Below, one piece after another: positions 40,971 through 55,128 of a stretch of 64,000 nucleotides of DNA; the first letter of the stretch is position 1, and every line of letters begins with the position of its first letter. A program made the translations under genes and the position numbers. The stretch comes from an uncultured Acidobacteriota bacterium. GTDB lineage: Bacteria > Acidobacteriota > Vicinamibacteria > Fen-336. The notes under the pieces are model-generated. The model saw nothing but the letters and a program-made list of their open reading frames with translations, ran no database searches and was not told where the DNA came from. The stretch spans positions 3,136,001 through 3,200,000 of the forward strand of contig OY970399.1 in NCBI GenBank assembly GCA_963720545.1, in the 5' to 3' direction.

Positions 40971-41761
40971 TCGCGCCTTCCTCGCGCGCGTCGCTGCCGC
41001 TCCCCGGCGGCGGCAGCGTGCCGCTGCGGCGCATCCTCGGCGTGCCGGTCGCGGCCGTAACCATGGCGCAGGCGCTCGACCTGGTGACGGCGGCGATTGC
41101 GACGCGCAAGCGCCTGCAGATCGGCGTCGTCAACGCCGCCAAGGTCGTGAACATGGGCCGCGACGCCTTCCTGCGCGACGACGTGCTGAGCTCCGACGTG
41201 ATCTTCGCCGACGGCATGGCGGTGGTGTGGGCCGGCAAGGTGCTGGGCGAGCCGCTGCCCGAGCGCGTGCCCGGCATCGATTTGATGATGGGCATCATGG
41301 CGCGCGGCAACCAGCGCGGCTGGCGCGTGTTCTTCCTCGGCGCGACCCGCGAGGTGCTCGACGAGGTGCTGGCGCGGGCGCGCGTCGACTTTCCGGGCCT
41401 GGTGGCGGCGGGCTCGCAGGACGGCTACTTCAAGCCAGACGCCGAAGAGGCGGTGGCAGCCGCCATCGCGGCGGCGCGCGCCGACGTCCTGTTCGTCGCC
41501 ATGACCTCGCCGAAGAAGGAGAAGTTCCTGGCGCGCTTCAGCGACGCCATGGGCGTGCCCGTCTGCCACGGCGTCGGCGGCTCCTTCGACGTCTACTCGG
41601 GCAAGGTGCAGCGCGCCCCCGAAGCCTGGCAGCGGCTCGGCATGGAATGGCTTTATCGTGTGAAGCAGGAGCCCGGCCGGCTCTGGCGCCGCTACCTGGT
41701 GACGAACGCGCTGTTCGGCAGGATGCTGGCGGCGGAGTGGCTGCGGCGCCGCACCGGCTAG
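40967..41761 (+). CDS. WecB/TagA/CpsF family glycosyltransferase
   Basis: VNAAK, ADGMAVVW, ERVPGID, AMTSPKKE, GVGGSFD, MEWLYR..EPGRLWRRY. Confidence 0.92.
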   Translation: MIAPSSRASLPLPGGGSVPLRRILGVPVAAVTMAQALDLVTAAIATRKRLQIGVVNAAKVVNMGRDAFLRDDVLSSDVIFADGMAVVWAGKVLGEPLPERVPGIDLMMGIMARGNQRGWRVFFLGATREVLDEVLARARVDFPGLVAAGSQDGYFKPDAEEAVAAAIAAARADVLFVAMTSPKKEKFLARFSDAMGVPVCHGVGGSFDVYSGKVQRAPEAWQRLGMEWLYRVKQEPGRLWRRYLVTNALFGRMLAAEWLRRRTG

Positions 41762-41774
41762 AAGGCCAGGACCA

Positions 41775-43190
41775 ATGATCCGCACGCTGGCGCTGTTCGC
41801 CTACATCCTCGGCTTCTCGGGGTACGCCTACCGGAACTGGTACCTGTCGCTGTGCGCGCTCATCATCCTCAACCCGGTCAACCAGCATCCCGACATGCCC
41901 GATGCGATCCTCGGCATTCCAGGCCTCAGCCCGTGGAACTTCCTGCTGCTGAACGTGGTCATGGCGTGGCTGCTGCAGCGCGGCCGGGAACGCGCGCGCT
42001 TCGATCCGCCGCCGCTGATCGCTGCCCTGTCCTTCTGCTATTTCACGGTGCTGATGGTCGGCTGGCTGCGGATGTACGTGGACATCGCCGACATCGAGGG
42101 CGTCTCGAAACTCGACCTCATCACCGACTGGCTGATCAACAGCATCAAGTGGGTGGTTCCGGGGATCCTGCTGTTCGACGGCGCACGCACCCCCAAACGC
42201 CTGCGCCTCGCGATCCTGACGATCTGCGGGATCTACGTGCTGTTCGCCCTGCAGGTGCTGAAGTGGATGCCGCCGTGGACCATCCTGAACGGCGACGAGC
42301 TGCAGAAGCGCGCGATCAAGCTGATCGAGAAGGAGATGGGCTACAGCCGCGTCAACATGTCGATGATGCTAGCCGGCGGCAGCTGGGCACTTTTGTGCGC
42401 GCGCGAGATCTTCACGGCCAAGCGCGTGCGGCTGCTGGCGTTCGGGCTGTTCCTGATGGTCGGCTTCGCGCAGGCGATGACCGGCGGGCGCATGGGTTAC
42501 GTCACCTGGATCGCGATCGGCGCCATCCTCAGCTTCGTGCGCTGGCGGCGTTACCTGATCCTGGGGCCGGCATTGATCATGGTGATCATCGCCTTCGTGC
42601 CCGCGGTGCGCGACCGCGCCCTCACCGGAGTCCAGGACAGCAACATGTCCGGCGAGGAGGTGCAGGTGAACACCGCCGAGATGACCTCCGATCGCACCAT
42701 CATCTGGCCGGCGGTCATTGAAAAGATCAAGACGGCGCCGGTGGCCGGCTTTGGCCTGATGGCGATGAAGCGCACGGGCCTGTCGCAGGAATTCCACGAC
42801 CTCGAGTTTCCGCACCCGCACAACGCCTACCTCGAGATCCTGCTCGATGCCGGGCTCATCGGGTTCATCCCGGTGGTGGGGTTCTTCCTGGTGGTCTTCT
42901 TCTATTCGGCGCGGCTCTTCATGCGGCCGCGCAACGCCAGCGAGCGTGCGGTGGGCGGCATGACCTTCGCGCTGGTGCTGGCGCTGATCGTCGCCGCGTT
43001 CGGCAGCCAGCATTTCCTGCCGCAGGAAGGCGGGGTGGGCATGTGGTGCGCGATCGGCCTGTGCACGCGGCTCACCGCCGACCGCGCCCGCGCCCGGGTG
43101 CGTGCGCGCCGCGACCGGCTGGCCGGCCGGCACGCGTCGCTGGCGGCGCCGGCGCCGCCGGCAGCGCCGCCGCGGGCAGCCGCGCGTTGA
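41775..43190 (+). CDS. O-antigen ligase / Wzy-like polymerase
   Basis: Multiple TM helices, RTIIW, HPHNAYLEILLDAGLIG. Confidence 0.85.
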   Translation: MIRTLALFAYILGFSGYAYRNWYLSLCALIILNPVNQHPDMPDAILGIPGLSPWNFLLLNVVMAWLLQRGRERARFDPPPLIAALSFCYFTVLMVGWLRMYVDIADIEGVSKLDLITDWLINSIKWVVPGILLFDGARTPKRLRLAILTICGIYVLFALQVLKWMPPWTILNGDELQKRAIKLIEKEMGYSRVNMSMMLAGGSWALLCAREIFTAKRVRLLAFGLFLMVGFAQAMTGGRMGYVTWIAIGAILSFVRWRRYLILGPALIMVIIAFVPAVRDRALTGVQDSNMSGEEVQVNTAEMTSDRTIIWPAVIEKIKTAPVAGFGLMAMKRTGLSQEFHDLEFPHPHNAYLEILLDAGLIGFIPVVGFFLVVFFYSARLFMRPRNASERAVGGMTFALVLALIVAAFGSQHFLPQEGGVGMWCAIGLCTRLTADRARARVRARRDRLAGRHASLAAPAPPAAPPRAAAR

Positions 43191-44162
43191 GGATCCCCTA
43201 CGTCTACCTGCTGGCGGCGAGCCATTCCGGCTCGACGCTCCTCGCCATGCTGCTGAACGCGCATCCCGACCTCGCCACAGTCGGCGAGATCGTCTCGGGC
43301 AGCCACCGCGTGCTCGACGGCTATCGCTGCTCGTGCCGCCGATTGATCGTCGAGTGCCCGTTCTGGGCGCAGCTCAGCGAGCGCATGCGCGCCCGGCATC
43401 CCGCGTTCAACCTCGCCGACTTCGGCATCAGGCTGCAGATGCAACAGCCGTGGTGGGTGGCACGCGCGCTGCGCGCCGAGCACCGCGGTGCCTTCCTCGA
43501 AGGCGTGCGCGACGCGGCGCTCGCCGCCTCGCCCGCGTTTCGCAGCCACATCCGCGTGCAGGAAGAGCGCCTCGCCGACTTCGCGCGCACCGTCCTCGAG
43601 CTGCGCGGCGCGCGCATCCTGGTCGATTCCTCGAAGCTCGCGCACCGGCTGAAATTCGTGCTGCGCATGCCTTCCTTCGACGTCAAGGTGATCCATCTGG
43701 TGCGCGACGGCCGCGCGGTGGCGCTCACTTACATGGACGAGCAGTCGTTCGCCGACGCCGCCGACCCGTCGCTGCGCCGCGGCGGGCGCGGTGCGCAGGC
43801 GGCGGCGCGCGCGATGCCCATGGCGCGCGCGGCGGGCGAATGGCGGCGCGCGGTCGCGGGCGCGACCAACCTGCTCGGCGGCCTGGAGCCGTCGCGCTGG
43901 ACGCGCATCACCTACGAGGACCTGTGCAGCGACACCGACGGCCACGCTCGACAAGGTGTTCCGCTTCATCGGCGTCGACCCGGGCCGCATGCGCCGCGAG
44001 TTCCGCAGCGCCGAGCACCACGTGGTGGGCAACGGCATGCGGCTCGACAGCACCTCCGAGATCCGCCTCGACGAACGCTGGCGCTCGGTGCTGACGGCAC
44101 CCGAGCTGCGCGAGTTCGACGCCGCCGCGGGCGCCGAGAACCAGCGCTTCGGATACCGCTGA
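43187..44162 (+). CDS. Sulfotransferase (1-bp frameshift near 43940)
   Basis: PAPS loop ASHSGSTLL, VDSSK, IHLVRDGR, YEDLC; continues as TLDKVFRFIG...HVVGNGMR..ENQRFGYR in another frame. Confidence 0.8.
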
Positions 44163-44164
44163 AC

Positions 44165-45403
44165 GTGTCCGGCGCCGTCGTGCTGCGCCGCTGGCCGCAT
44201 CCCTATCGCGCGATCCTCGCGATCTGCAGCGACCTCGACGAAACCCCGACGCGCGCCGTCTACGAGGACACCGCGCGCTTCCTCAACACGGCGCAAACCG
44301 TCGGCGCGATGGGGCAGGGCGTCGATCTCGAGGTGGGCAACACCATCTATTTCGACATGCCGAAAGAGCAGTTTTCTTACCGCAATACCGACGATGCCGG
44401 CCGCGCGCGCCTGCACCAGCTCATGCGCAGCGGCCACATCGACGCGTTCCACTCGTTCGGCGACTACGCGACAACGCGCGCCCACGCCGCGCGCGCGCTC
44501 GACGACCTGGTGCGCCACGACTGCACGCTCGGCGTGTGGATCGACCACGCGGTAGCGCCGTCGAACTTCGGCGCCGACATCATGCGCGGCAGCGGCGACG
44601 TGGTAGGGCACGAGGCGTATCACGCCGACCTGACCTGCGGCTTCGGCGTGCGTTATGTCTGGCGCGGCCGGGTCACGAGCGTCATCGGCCAGGACGCGCC
44701 GCGCTCGCTGCAAGGCGTCTTCGACCCGCAGCATCCCGCCGCCTCGCTGCGCACCGTCGCAAAGGAATGGGCCAAGGGTGCCTTGGCGCGCGCCGGCAAC
44801 GCCAAGTACGACATCCACCCGGCGAACGAGGTGCTCCGCCCCGCCAGGCTGCGCGACGGCCGGCAGGTGTTCGAGTTCCTGCGCGCCAACCCCTACTGGG
44901 AATCGGTGACCACCGGCGAGACCGCCGGGGGGTTTGCGGGCGTCGTCACGCGGCGCATGCTCGACACGCTGGTGCGGCGCGGCGGCGTGCAGATTCTCTA
45001 CACGCACCTCGGCAAGATCGCGCGGCTGGACGAGCCTCTCGAGGCGGAGACGCGCGCCGCGCTGCGGCTGCTGCGCGACTACCGCGACGCCGGCGGCATC
45101 CTGGTGACGACCACGCGCCGGGCCCTCGACTTCGCGCGCGCACGCCGCGAGGTCTCGGCGGTGGTGCAGGTGGCGGCGGGCACCTGCGAGGTCGCTCTCA
45201 CCGTACCCACCGAATGGACCGAAGTTTCACCGGACAACCCGCGCAGCATGCTGTGCGGGCTCACCGTGCACGTGCCGAAAGCGGCCGCCTATCGCGTGCT
45301 GATCAACGGCGCGCGCTACGACGGCTTCGCGCAGAACCCGGCCGACGAGACCGGCGAGCGCAGCCTGTCCCTGCCGTGGCCGCGGCTTGCCTGGCCCGGC
45401 TGA
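44165..45403 (+). CDS. Hypothetical protein, polysaccharide-deacetylase-like barrel
   Basis: WPHPYRAILAICSDLD, DAFHSFGD, WIDH, ILYTHL motifs. Confidence 0.65.
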   Translation: MSGAVVLRRWPHPYRAILAICSDLDETPTRAVYEDTARFLNTAQTVGAMGQGVDLEVGNTIYFDMPKEQFSYRNTDDAGRARLHQLMRSGHIDAFHSFGDYATTRAHAARALDDLVRHDCTLGVWIDHAVAPSNFGADIMRGSGDVVGHEAYHADLTCGFGVRYVWRGRVTSVIGQDAPRSLQGVFDPQHPAASLRTVAKEWAKGALARAGNAKYDIHPANEVLRPARLRDGRQVFEFLRANPYWESVTTGETAGGFAGVVTRRMLDTLVRRGGVQILYTHLGKIARLDEPLEAETRAALRLLRDYRDAGGILVTTTRRALDFARARREVSAVVQVAAGTCEVALTVPTEWTEVSPDNPRSMLCGLTVHVPKAAAYRVLINGARYDGFAQNPADETGERSLSLPWPRLAWPG

Positions 45404-45420
45404 GCGCTATACTTCCGCGC

Positions 45421-45597
45421 ATGGCATTCGAGGGCTCCCGCGAGAAACTCGGCATCGTCTCGGAACTCTGGGCGTTCATGAAGATCCGCAAGAAGTGGTG
45501 GCTGGGACCGATCCTGGTGATGATCGCGCTCCTCGGCCTGCTGATCGTCTTCACCCAGGGCACCGCCATTGCGCCCTTCATCTATACGCTCTTCTGA
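45421..45597 (+). CDS. DUF5989 (SxtK-like) small membrane protein
   Basis: ELWAFMKIRKKWWLGPI...APFIYTLF. Confidence 0.85.
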   Translation: MAFEGSREKLGIVSELWAFMKIRKKWWLGPILVMIALLGLLIVFTQGTAIAPFIYTLF

Positions 45598-45602
45598 GCT
45601 AG

Positions 45603-46491
45603 CTACAGCCGCCAGGCGGACGCGACCGCGAAGATCAGGATCGTCAATCCCGCGGTCAGCAGGCTGTTGCGGTCGCGAATTGCGAACGCCACCGGATCGC
45701 CCTCGAGCTTGCCGCGCTTCGCCAGGAACCAGATGCGCAGGATCCAGTAGAGCAGCAGCGGACACATCGTCCACAGGACGTTGACGTTGCGGTAGTAGCG
45801 CCGCACGTCCTCGCCGCTTATGTACATGGCGAGGACCAGCACCGCGAGGAAGCCGCTGGTGGCGCCGCAGGTGAGGATCAGGTCGAGCTCGTCGATGCGG
45901 TAGTTGCGGCCGAGCGCCTGCTGGCCGTTGCCGGCGAGCACCAGCCGCAGCTCGGTGTAGCGCTTGACGAAGGCGAGGCTCAGGAACATGAACATCGAAA
46001 ACGCCAGCAGCCATGCCGAGACGGCCACCTGCGCGGCCTCGCCGCCGGCCAGGATGCGCAGCGTGTAGAGGCTGGCCAGCAGCATGACGTCGAGCAGCAG
46101 CTTGCGCTTGAAGTAGGCGGAGTAGGTGACGGTCGCCACCAGGTAGAGAAGCAGCAGCGCCAGGAACGAACGCGGCAGCTTCCCCAGCAGCGCCACTGCC
46201 GCGGACGCTCGCGAGCAGCAGGACGAAGCCAACGGCGCCGGCGCGCACCGACAGGGCGCCGCTCGCGAACGGCCGGTGCTTCTTGTGCGGATGCTGGCGG
46301 TCGGCCGTCAGGTCGAGGAGGTCGTTCAGCACGTAGCCGCCCGAGGCGACGAGGCAGAAGGCTGCGAAGGCCATGAGCACGGCCGTGACCCTGGCCACGT
46401 CGTAAACGTGGTGGGCGAGGATCAGCGGCACGAAGACCAGCGTGTTCTTCACCCACTGATGAGGCCGGAGCGCTTTCGACCAGGCTCTCGT
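45603..46491 (-). CDS. UbiA family decaprenyl-phosphate phosphoribosyltransferase-like (frameshift near 46205; ACG at expected start)
   Basis: RPHQWVKN, YVLNDLLD..DRQHPHKKHRPFASG, YSAYFKR, FVKRYTE, DPVAFA. Confidence 0.82.
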
Positions 46492-46513
46492 GGCGTTCCT
46501 CCTCGCTGCGGCT

Positions 46514-47598
46514 TCAGGCGCCGTCGACGCGCCTGGCGAAGCGCTCGAACAGGTAGCTGGAATCGTGCGGCCCGGGTGACGCTTCCGGGTGGTACTGTAC
46601 CGCGAACGCGGCGAGATCGTCGTGCGTGAAGCCCTCGAGGCTGCTGTCGTAGAGGCTCACGTGGGTGGCGCGCGCGCCCGCCGCCGCCAGGCTGTTCCCG
46701 TCTACGGCAAAGCCGTGGTTCTGGCTGGTGATCTCGACGCGGCCGGTCTCCCGGTCGAGCACCGGGTGATTGGCGCCGTGGTGGCCGGTCTTCAGTTTGT
46801 AGGTGGTCGCGCCGAGCGCCAGCGCCAGCAGCTGCTGGCCGAGGCAGATGCCGAAGACCGGCAGCCTGCCCAGGACCGAGCGCAGCGTGTCGATGGTGCC
46901 CGAGACCGCCGCGGGGTCGCCCGGCCCGTTGCCCACCAGCAGGCCCGCGGGCTTCAACTCGAGGATCTGGCCGAGCGACGCGTCGCCGCGCAACACGTAG
47001 ACGGCGTTGCCGCGCGCCACGATGTTCTTGACGATCGTCGACTTGATGCCGCAGTCGAGCGCGACCACGGCGCGCCCCAGCGAGGGATCGCCGACCAGGA
47101 AGCCGCCCTCGGGCATGACCTTTACCGCGAGGTTCTGTCCGTCCATGGTGGCAAGGCCGCGGGCGCGCGCCACGATTTCCGTCGCGCTCTCCATCTCGGT
47201 GGTGAGCACGCCGCGCAGCGCGCCCAGCACCCGCAGCCGCCGGGTGAGGGCGCGGGTGTCGATGCCGGTGAGGCCGATGACGCCGTTCTCGCGCAGGTAC
47301 GAATCGAGGTCGCCGGTGGCGCGCTGGTTGCTGACGCGGCGCGACAGCTCCTTCACGACGAAGCCGGAGAGGAAGGTGCCGCGCGACTCGGCGTCCTGCT
47401 GGTTGATGCCGTAGTTGCCGATCTGCGGCGCCGTCATGGTGACGATCTGACCGCAGTAGGACGGGTCGGTGAGGATCTCCTGGTAGCCGGTCATGGCGGT
47501 GTTGAACACCACCTCGCCTTCCGCGGTGCCGGACGCGCCGAAGCCGCGGCCCGTGAACACGCTGCCGTCCTCGAGCCCAAGCCGGCAGATCGCGGCCA

Positions 47599-47599
<1 letters not shown>
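46514..47599 (-). CDS. carA: Carbamoyl-phosphate synthase small subunit
   Basis: GEVVFNTAMTGYQEILTDPSY, NGPGDP, FGICLG, QYHPEASPGPHD. Confidence 0.95.
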
Positions 47600-51105
<3,506 letters not shown>

Positions 51106-51146
51106 GCGGTCCGACGGCCAAGTCTACACGGGTAAGCTGTGCAGCG

Positions 51147-52357
51147 ATGAAAGGCATCTCCGTCGCGTTCTTTCACGGGCTTTGCCGCGCGCTCACGCTC
51201 GCTCAGCGCATGGCCGTGAAAGCCGCCGGCGCAACGAGGCGGCGTCGGCCACCGCCAGACGGGGCGGAAATCCTGCTGACGGCAACCTTTCACTCGGACA
51301 ACTGGATCGGCGCCCACATCCGGCCGCTGGCAGCCTCCGCCGCGGTGAACAGGGTGCGCATCGTCGCCACCCGCACCGTTCCGGATGTCGAGAAAGTCGT
51401 GGCGATCTACCCGCCTGACCTGCTGCGCAAGCTGATCGGCGGCGTCCCCGCGCGCCTCGTGTGGTTCACATGGGAAGCGCTGCGGCGCCCAGCCGACATC
51501 GTCGGCGGCTTCCACCTGCTCTTCAACGGGCTGCTCACGACCGTCCTGGCGAAACTCACCGGAGCGCGTTCTCTCTACTTCTGCGTCGGCGGCGCCGCCG
51601 AAGTCGAAAAGGGCGGGCTGGCCTCGGAGAACCGCGTGTTCACGAGGATGCGCACAGCAGACGTGGTCGTGGAACGGCGCCTGCTCGCCGCCGTTTCCGA
51701 CTTCGACCAGGTCATCACCATGGGCACGGCGGGGAAGCGCTACTTCGAAACGAAGCGCGTGACGAGCCCGATCGCCATCGTCTCCGGCGGCATCGACACG
51801 AAGCGCTTCGAACCATTCACGGGCGAACCCGAATGGGACGTGGTCTTCGTCGGCCGCTTCGCACCCATCAAGCGCCCCGACCTGTTTCTGCGCACCGTCG
51901 CAGAACTGAAAAAACAGCGACCTGCGATCCGCGCCGCGATGCTCGGCGACGGCGTGCTCAAGGCTGATATGGAAGCCCTCGCAAGGGAACTTGGGCTCCA
52001 GGAGGCCGTGACCTTCGCCGGACTGCGCCCGGATGTCGAGCGCTACGTCCGCCGCTCACGCATCTTCGTCAACACCTCCGACTCGGAAGGCCTGCCGCTC
52101 TCGGTGATGGAAGCCATGGCCTGTGGCGTGCCGTGCGTCGTCTCCGACGTCGGCGACATGCGCGACCTGGTGAAGGACGGCGTCAACGGCCACGTCGTCC
52201 CCGGCCGCACGCCCAAGGACTTCGCCGACCGCATCGGGCCCCTGCTGGCCGACCCGACCCGCCTCGCCCAGTTCCGTCTCGCCGCCCGCACCGCCGCCGA
52301 ATCCTGCGAGATACAACGGTCGCCGCCCGCTGGACCGAAATCTTGCGCGACTTCTAG
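51147..52357 (+). CDS. Glycosyltransferase family 4 (frameshift near 52310)
   Basis: VFVGRF..K, SEGLPLSVMEAMACG, SDVG; plausible C-terminus TVAARWTEILRDF* in another frame. Confidence 0.87.
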
Positions 52358-53553
52358 CGGGTCGGGATTTCGATTGTGCGGGTGTAGTAGCCGAGGTCGA
52401 GGCGGCGGGTGCGCAGGCCGGGGGCGCGGATGGCGAGGGCGATCTGGTAGCGGCCTAGGGTCTTTGGCTTGAAGGTGTGGGACCAGAGGGTCCATGGTGC
52501 TTCCGGGCTGCGGTCGACGGTATCTACGGCTTCGAACTTTGCTTCGGGGGTGAAGCGGATGCGTAGTGCGCCGTTCGGGATGCGGCCGCCCCACTGGACG
52601 CCGGTGATCCGGTAGGAAACTGAGCCTGCGGTCGAGCGCATGACGTCGACGCGCACCGCGACAGCGGCGGGATCGATTGTGGCGGGCTCGAAGTCCTTCG
52701 CGAACTGCGGGCCTTCGGGGCGGCGGCCGGATGCGATGAGGGCGCGGTCGCGTGAGTTCGTTGGTTGGTGGGTGCGGCCGGCGTATTCGCGCATCTGGCT
52801 GGTGGCCGGGGCGTCGTCGGCGACGAGTTCGATCGCGTTCACCCACTTGATGGCCGTGCAGGCGTACCAGCCGGGCATCACCAGGCGCAGCGGCGCGCCG
52901 TGGTCGCGACTGAGCGGCTCGCCGTTCATCGTGGTGGCCAGGAATGCTTTCGCCCTGCGCAGCTCGTCGCGGCTGAAGATCCAGCTGGCGCCGGCGGTCG
53001 AGCCGGCGTCGAGTGCTGCGTGCTCGTCGTAGCCGCTCACCAACACGCGCATTGCGCCTTGCGGCCGGGCGGGTTCGAGGATGGAATCCAGCGGTACCCC
53101 GGTGAAACGGGCGGCGCTGATGAAGCCGAAGCGGGCACCCACCGAGTTGCCTGCGCATTCGAGCAGGTGCGTGCCTTGCGGCACTGCCTTGCGCTGCAGG
53201 TCGGCGATTCCCAAGTGCTGCGGCTTTGCGACCAAGCCGGTGATGTTCACCGTCCAGGTGCTGGCTGCGGGCAGGTCTTCCGGTGCTCCGGTGCGGATGA
53301 AGAACTGTTCGCTGCCGGTTACGAGGGTGCCGGGCGTGAGTGCTTGCAGGTCGAGCGCGCGGCGTTGTCCGAGTCCCGCGCCGATGCTTGTGCCGGTGGG
53401 GAACGCGCCGTCGTCAACGAAGGGCACGATGCCCACTTTGCGTTCATTGGCGCGGGCCGCGAAGCCGTGGGCGAGCGCTGCGTCGACCGGCGTGAGGAAA
53501 GCAGCGAGTGCCGTCGCCGAGGTTTCGAGAAATGCGCGCCGCGAACCCGTCAA
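52354..53553 (-). CDS. Molybdopterin-dependent oxidoreductase (sulfite oxidase family), Tat-exported
   Basis: SRRAFL Tat motif, FFIR, LECAGN, MNGEPL..HGAPLRL..PGWY..KW; alternative ATG at 53571. Confidence 0.85.
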   Translation of the reverse strand: MTGSRRAFLETSATALAAFLTPVDAALAHGFAARANERKVGIVPFVDDGAFPTGTSIGAGLGQRRALDLQALTPGTLVTGSEQFFIRTGAPEDLPAASTWTVNITGLVAKPQHLGIADLQRKAVPQGTHLLECAGNSVGARFGFISAARFTGVPLDSILEPARPQGAMRVLVSGYDEHAALDAGSTAGASWIFSRDELRRAKAFLATTMNGEPLSRDHGAPLRLVMPGWYACTAIKWVNAIELVADDAPATSQMREYAGRTHQPTNSRDRALIASGRRPEGPQFAKDFEPATIDPAAVAVRVDVMRSTAGSVSYRITGVQWGGRIPNGALRIRFTPEAKFEAVDTVDRSPEAPWTLWSHTFKPKTLGRYQIALAIRAPGLRTRRLDLGYYTRTIEIPTR

Positions 53554-53557
53554 ATGC

Positions 53558-53575
53558 CGCGATGCTAGCATCGCG
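53558..53575. promoter_or_regulatory. Palindromic bidirectional extended -10 promoter
   Basis: CGCGATGCTAGCATCGCG gives TGcTAGCAT on both strands, each 8 nt from an in-frame start (GTG 53580, TTG 53553). Confidence 0.55.
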
Positions 53576-53579
53576 ATCC

Positions 53580-55121
53580 GTGGCATCCCCGGTCTTGCTC
53601 GCGCTGCTGCTCGCTTCCGCGGTGCGCTTTCCCAACTCCGGCGCGGCTGCCGCGCAGCCCGCATTCCTGCGCGGCGTGGAGGCGCTCCACAACTTCCAGT
53701 ACGAGGACGCCGTCGAGGCGTTTCGCGAGGCTCAGGGCAACGACCGCGGCTTTGCCATGGCGTACTGGGGCGAGGCGATGGCCTGCAACCAGACGCTGTG
53801 GCTCAACCAGGATGCCGACGCCGCGCGCGCGGCGCTCGCACGGCTTGCGCCGACACCTCAGGCGCGGCTGGCTCTGGCGCCGACCGAGCGCGAGCAGGGC
53901 TACCTGCGGGCCATCGAGGCGCTGTACGGACCGGGCGAGCGCGCAGCGCGCGATCGTGCCTATGGCGAGTCGATGCGCGAGCTGGCTGGCACGTATCCGG
54001 CCGACCTCGAGGCACGGGCATTCCTCGCACTGGCGCTCATGGGCACCGCGGCGCGCAGTCCGGCTCTCCTTGGCGATGCGGGCGACGATCAACACCAGCA
54101 TGCGCTCGTTGGCAGCGCCGTGCAGCGAGAAGCGGCGGCGATCCTTCGCTCGGTCCTCGCCCTTCGCCCCGACCACCCCGGGGCGCTGCACTACCTGATC
54201 CATGATTACGACGATCCTGCGCACGCGCGCCTGGCGCTGCCCGCGGCGCGCGCCTACGCGAAGGTGGCGCCCGGATCGAGCCACGCGCTGCACATGCCGG
54301 CGCACATCTTTGTGCAGCTCGGCATGTGGCATGACGCGGCTGCCGCCGACCAGGCGTCCTTCGACGCTTCCGATGCATGGGTGAAACGCAAGGCTCTTGG
54401 CATCGCCATGCGCGACTATCACAGTCTCTCGTGGCTTCTTTACGAATCCCTCCAGTTGGGGCGCTTCGCCATGGCGCGCTCGACACTCGACACGATGCAG
54501 TCGGCGGTGAGCGCGTCTGGCGGCGCACCGCGATTGAAGGCGCTTTTCTCCGACATGCGTTCGCGCTACGTGATCGAGGCGCGCGCCTTCGACGATCTGG
54601 CCGGCGCGCGCAGCTTCGACACCAACGGCGAGCTGTTCGCCATCGGCATGAGCGCCGTCGCGCGGCGCGATGCGGGCAGCGCCGATGTTGCCCTCGCCGA
54701 GCTCAAGCGGCGCACAGGCGGCGGGCAGCGCCTCGACATCGCGGTGATGGCGAACGAGCTTGGCGGGCTGCGCGCGCATGCCAATGGGCGGGCGGACGAG
54801 GCGCGCGCGCTACTTGGCGAAGCCGTCAGGCTGGAGCTGCAGCTGCCGCCGCCGCTGGGCCTGCCGCAGCCGGTCAAGCCGGCCGCGGAGTTGTACGCAG
54901 AGACGCTCCTGGCGCTGGGCCAGCCGCGCCTCGCCGCGGCCCAGTTCGAGCGTGCGCTGCAGCGCTGGCCGAACCGCTCGCTTTCGCTCCTTGGCCTGGC
55001 GCGCGCGCGCGCCGCTGCGGGCGAGCGCGTTGCCGCGCGGCGCGCGTATCAACGGTTCCTCGCGAACTGGAGCGGCGCCGACGGGTCGCTGCCCGAACTC
55101 CGGGAGGCGCGCGCTTACTAG
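53580..55121 (+). CDS. Exported TPR-repeat protein
   Basis: FLRGVEALHNF, AMAYWGEAM, HPGALHYLIH, HALHMPAHIF. Confidence 0.8.
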   Translation: MASPVLLALLLASAVRFPNSGAAAAQPAFLRGVEALHNFQYEDAVEAFREAQGNDRGFAMAYWGEAMACNQTLWLNQDADAARAALARLAPTPQARLALAPTEREQGYLRAIEALYGPGERAARDRAYGESMRELAGTYPADLEARAFLALALMGTAARSPALLGDAGDDQHQHALVGSAVQREAAAILRSVLALRPDHPGALHYLIHDYDDPAHARLALPAARAYAKVAPGSSHALHMPAHIFVQLGMWHDAAAADQASFDASDAWVKRKALGIAMRDYHSLSWLLYESLQLGRFAMARSTLDTMQSAVSASGGAPRLKALFSDMRSRYVIEARAFDDLAGARSFDTNGELFAIGMSAVARRDAGSADVALAELKRRTGGGQRLDIAVMANELGGLRAHANGRADEARALLGEAVRLELQLPPPLGLPQPVKPAAELYAETLLALGQPRLAAAQFERALQRWPNRSLSLLGLARARAAAGERVAARRAYQRFLANWSGADGSLPELREARAY

Positions 55122-55128
55122 CGCCTGC

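Noticed and set aside
43043..45403. 786-aa sulfotransferase-deacetylase fusion
   Set aside because: It is created by a 1-bp shift near 43940. The natural sulfotransferase C-terminus is in another frame ending at 44162.
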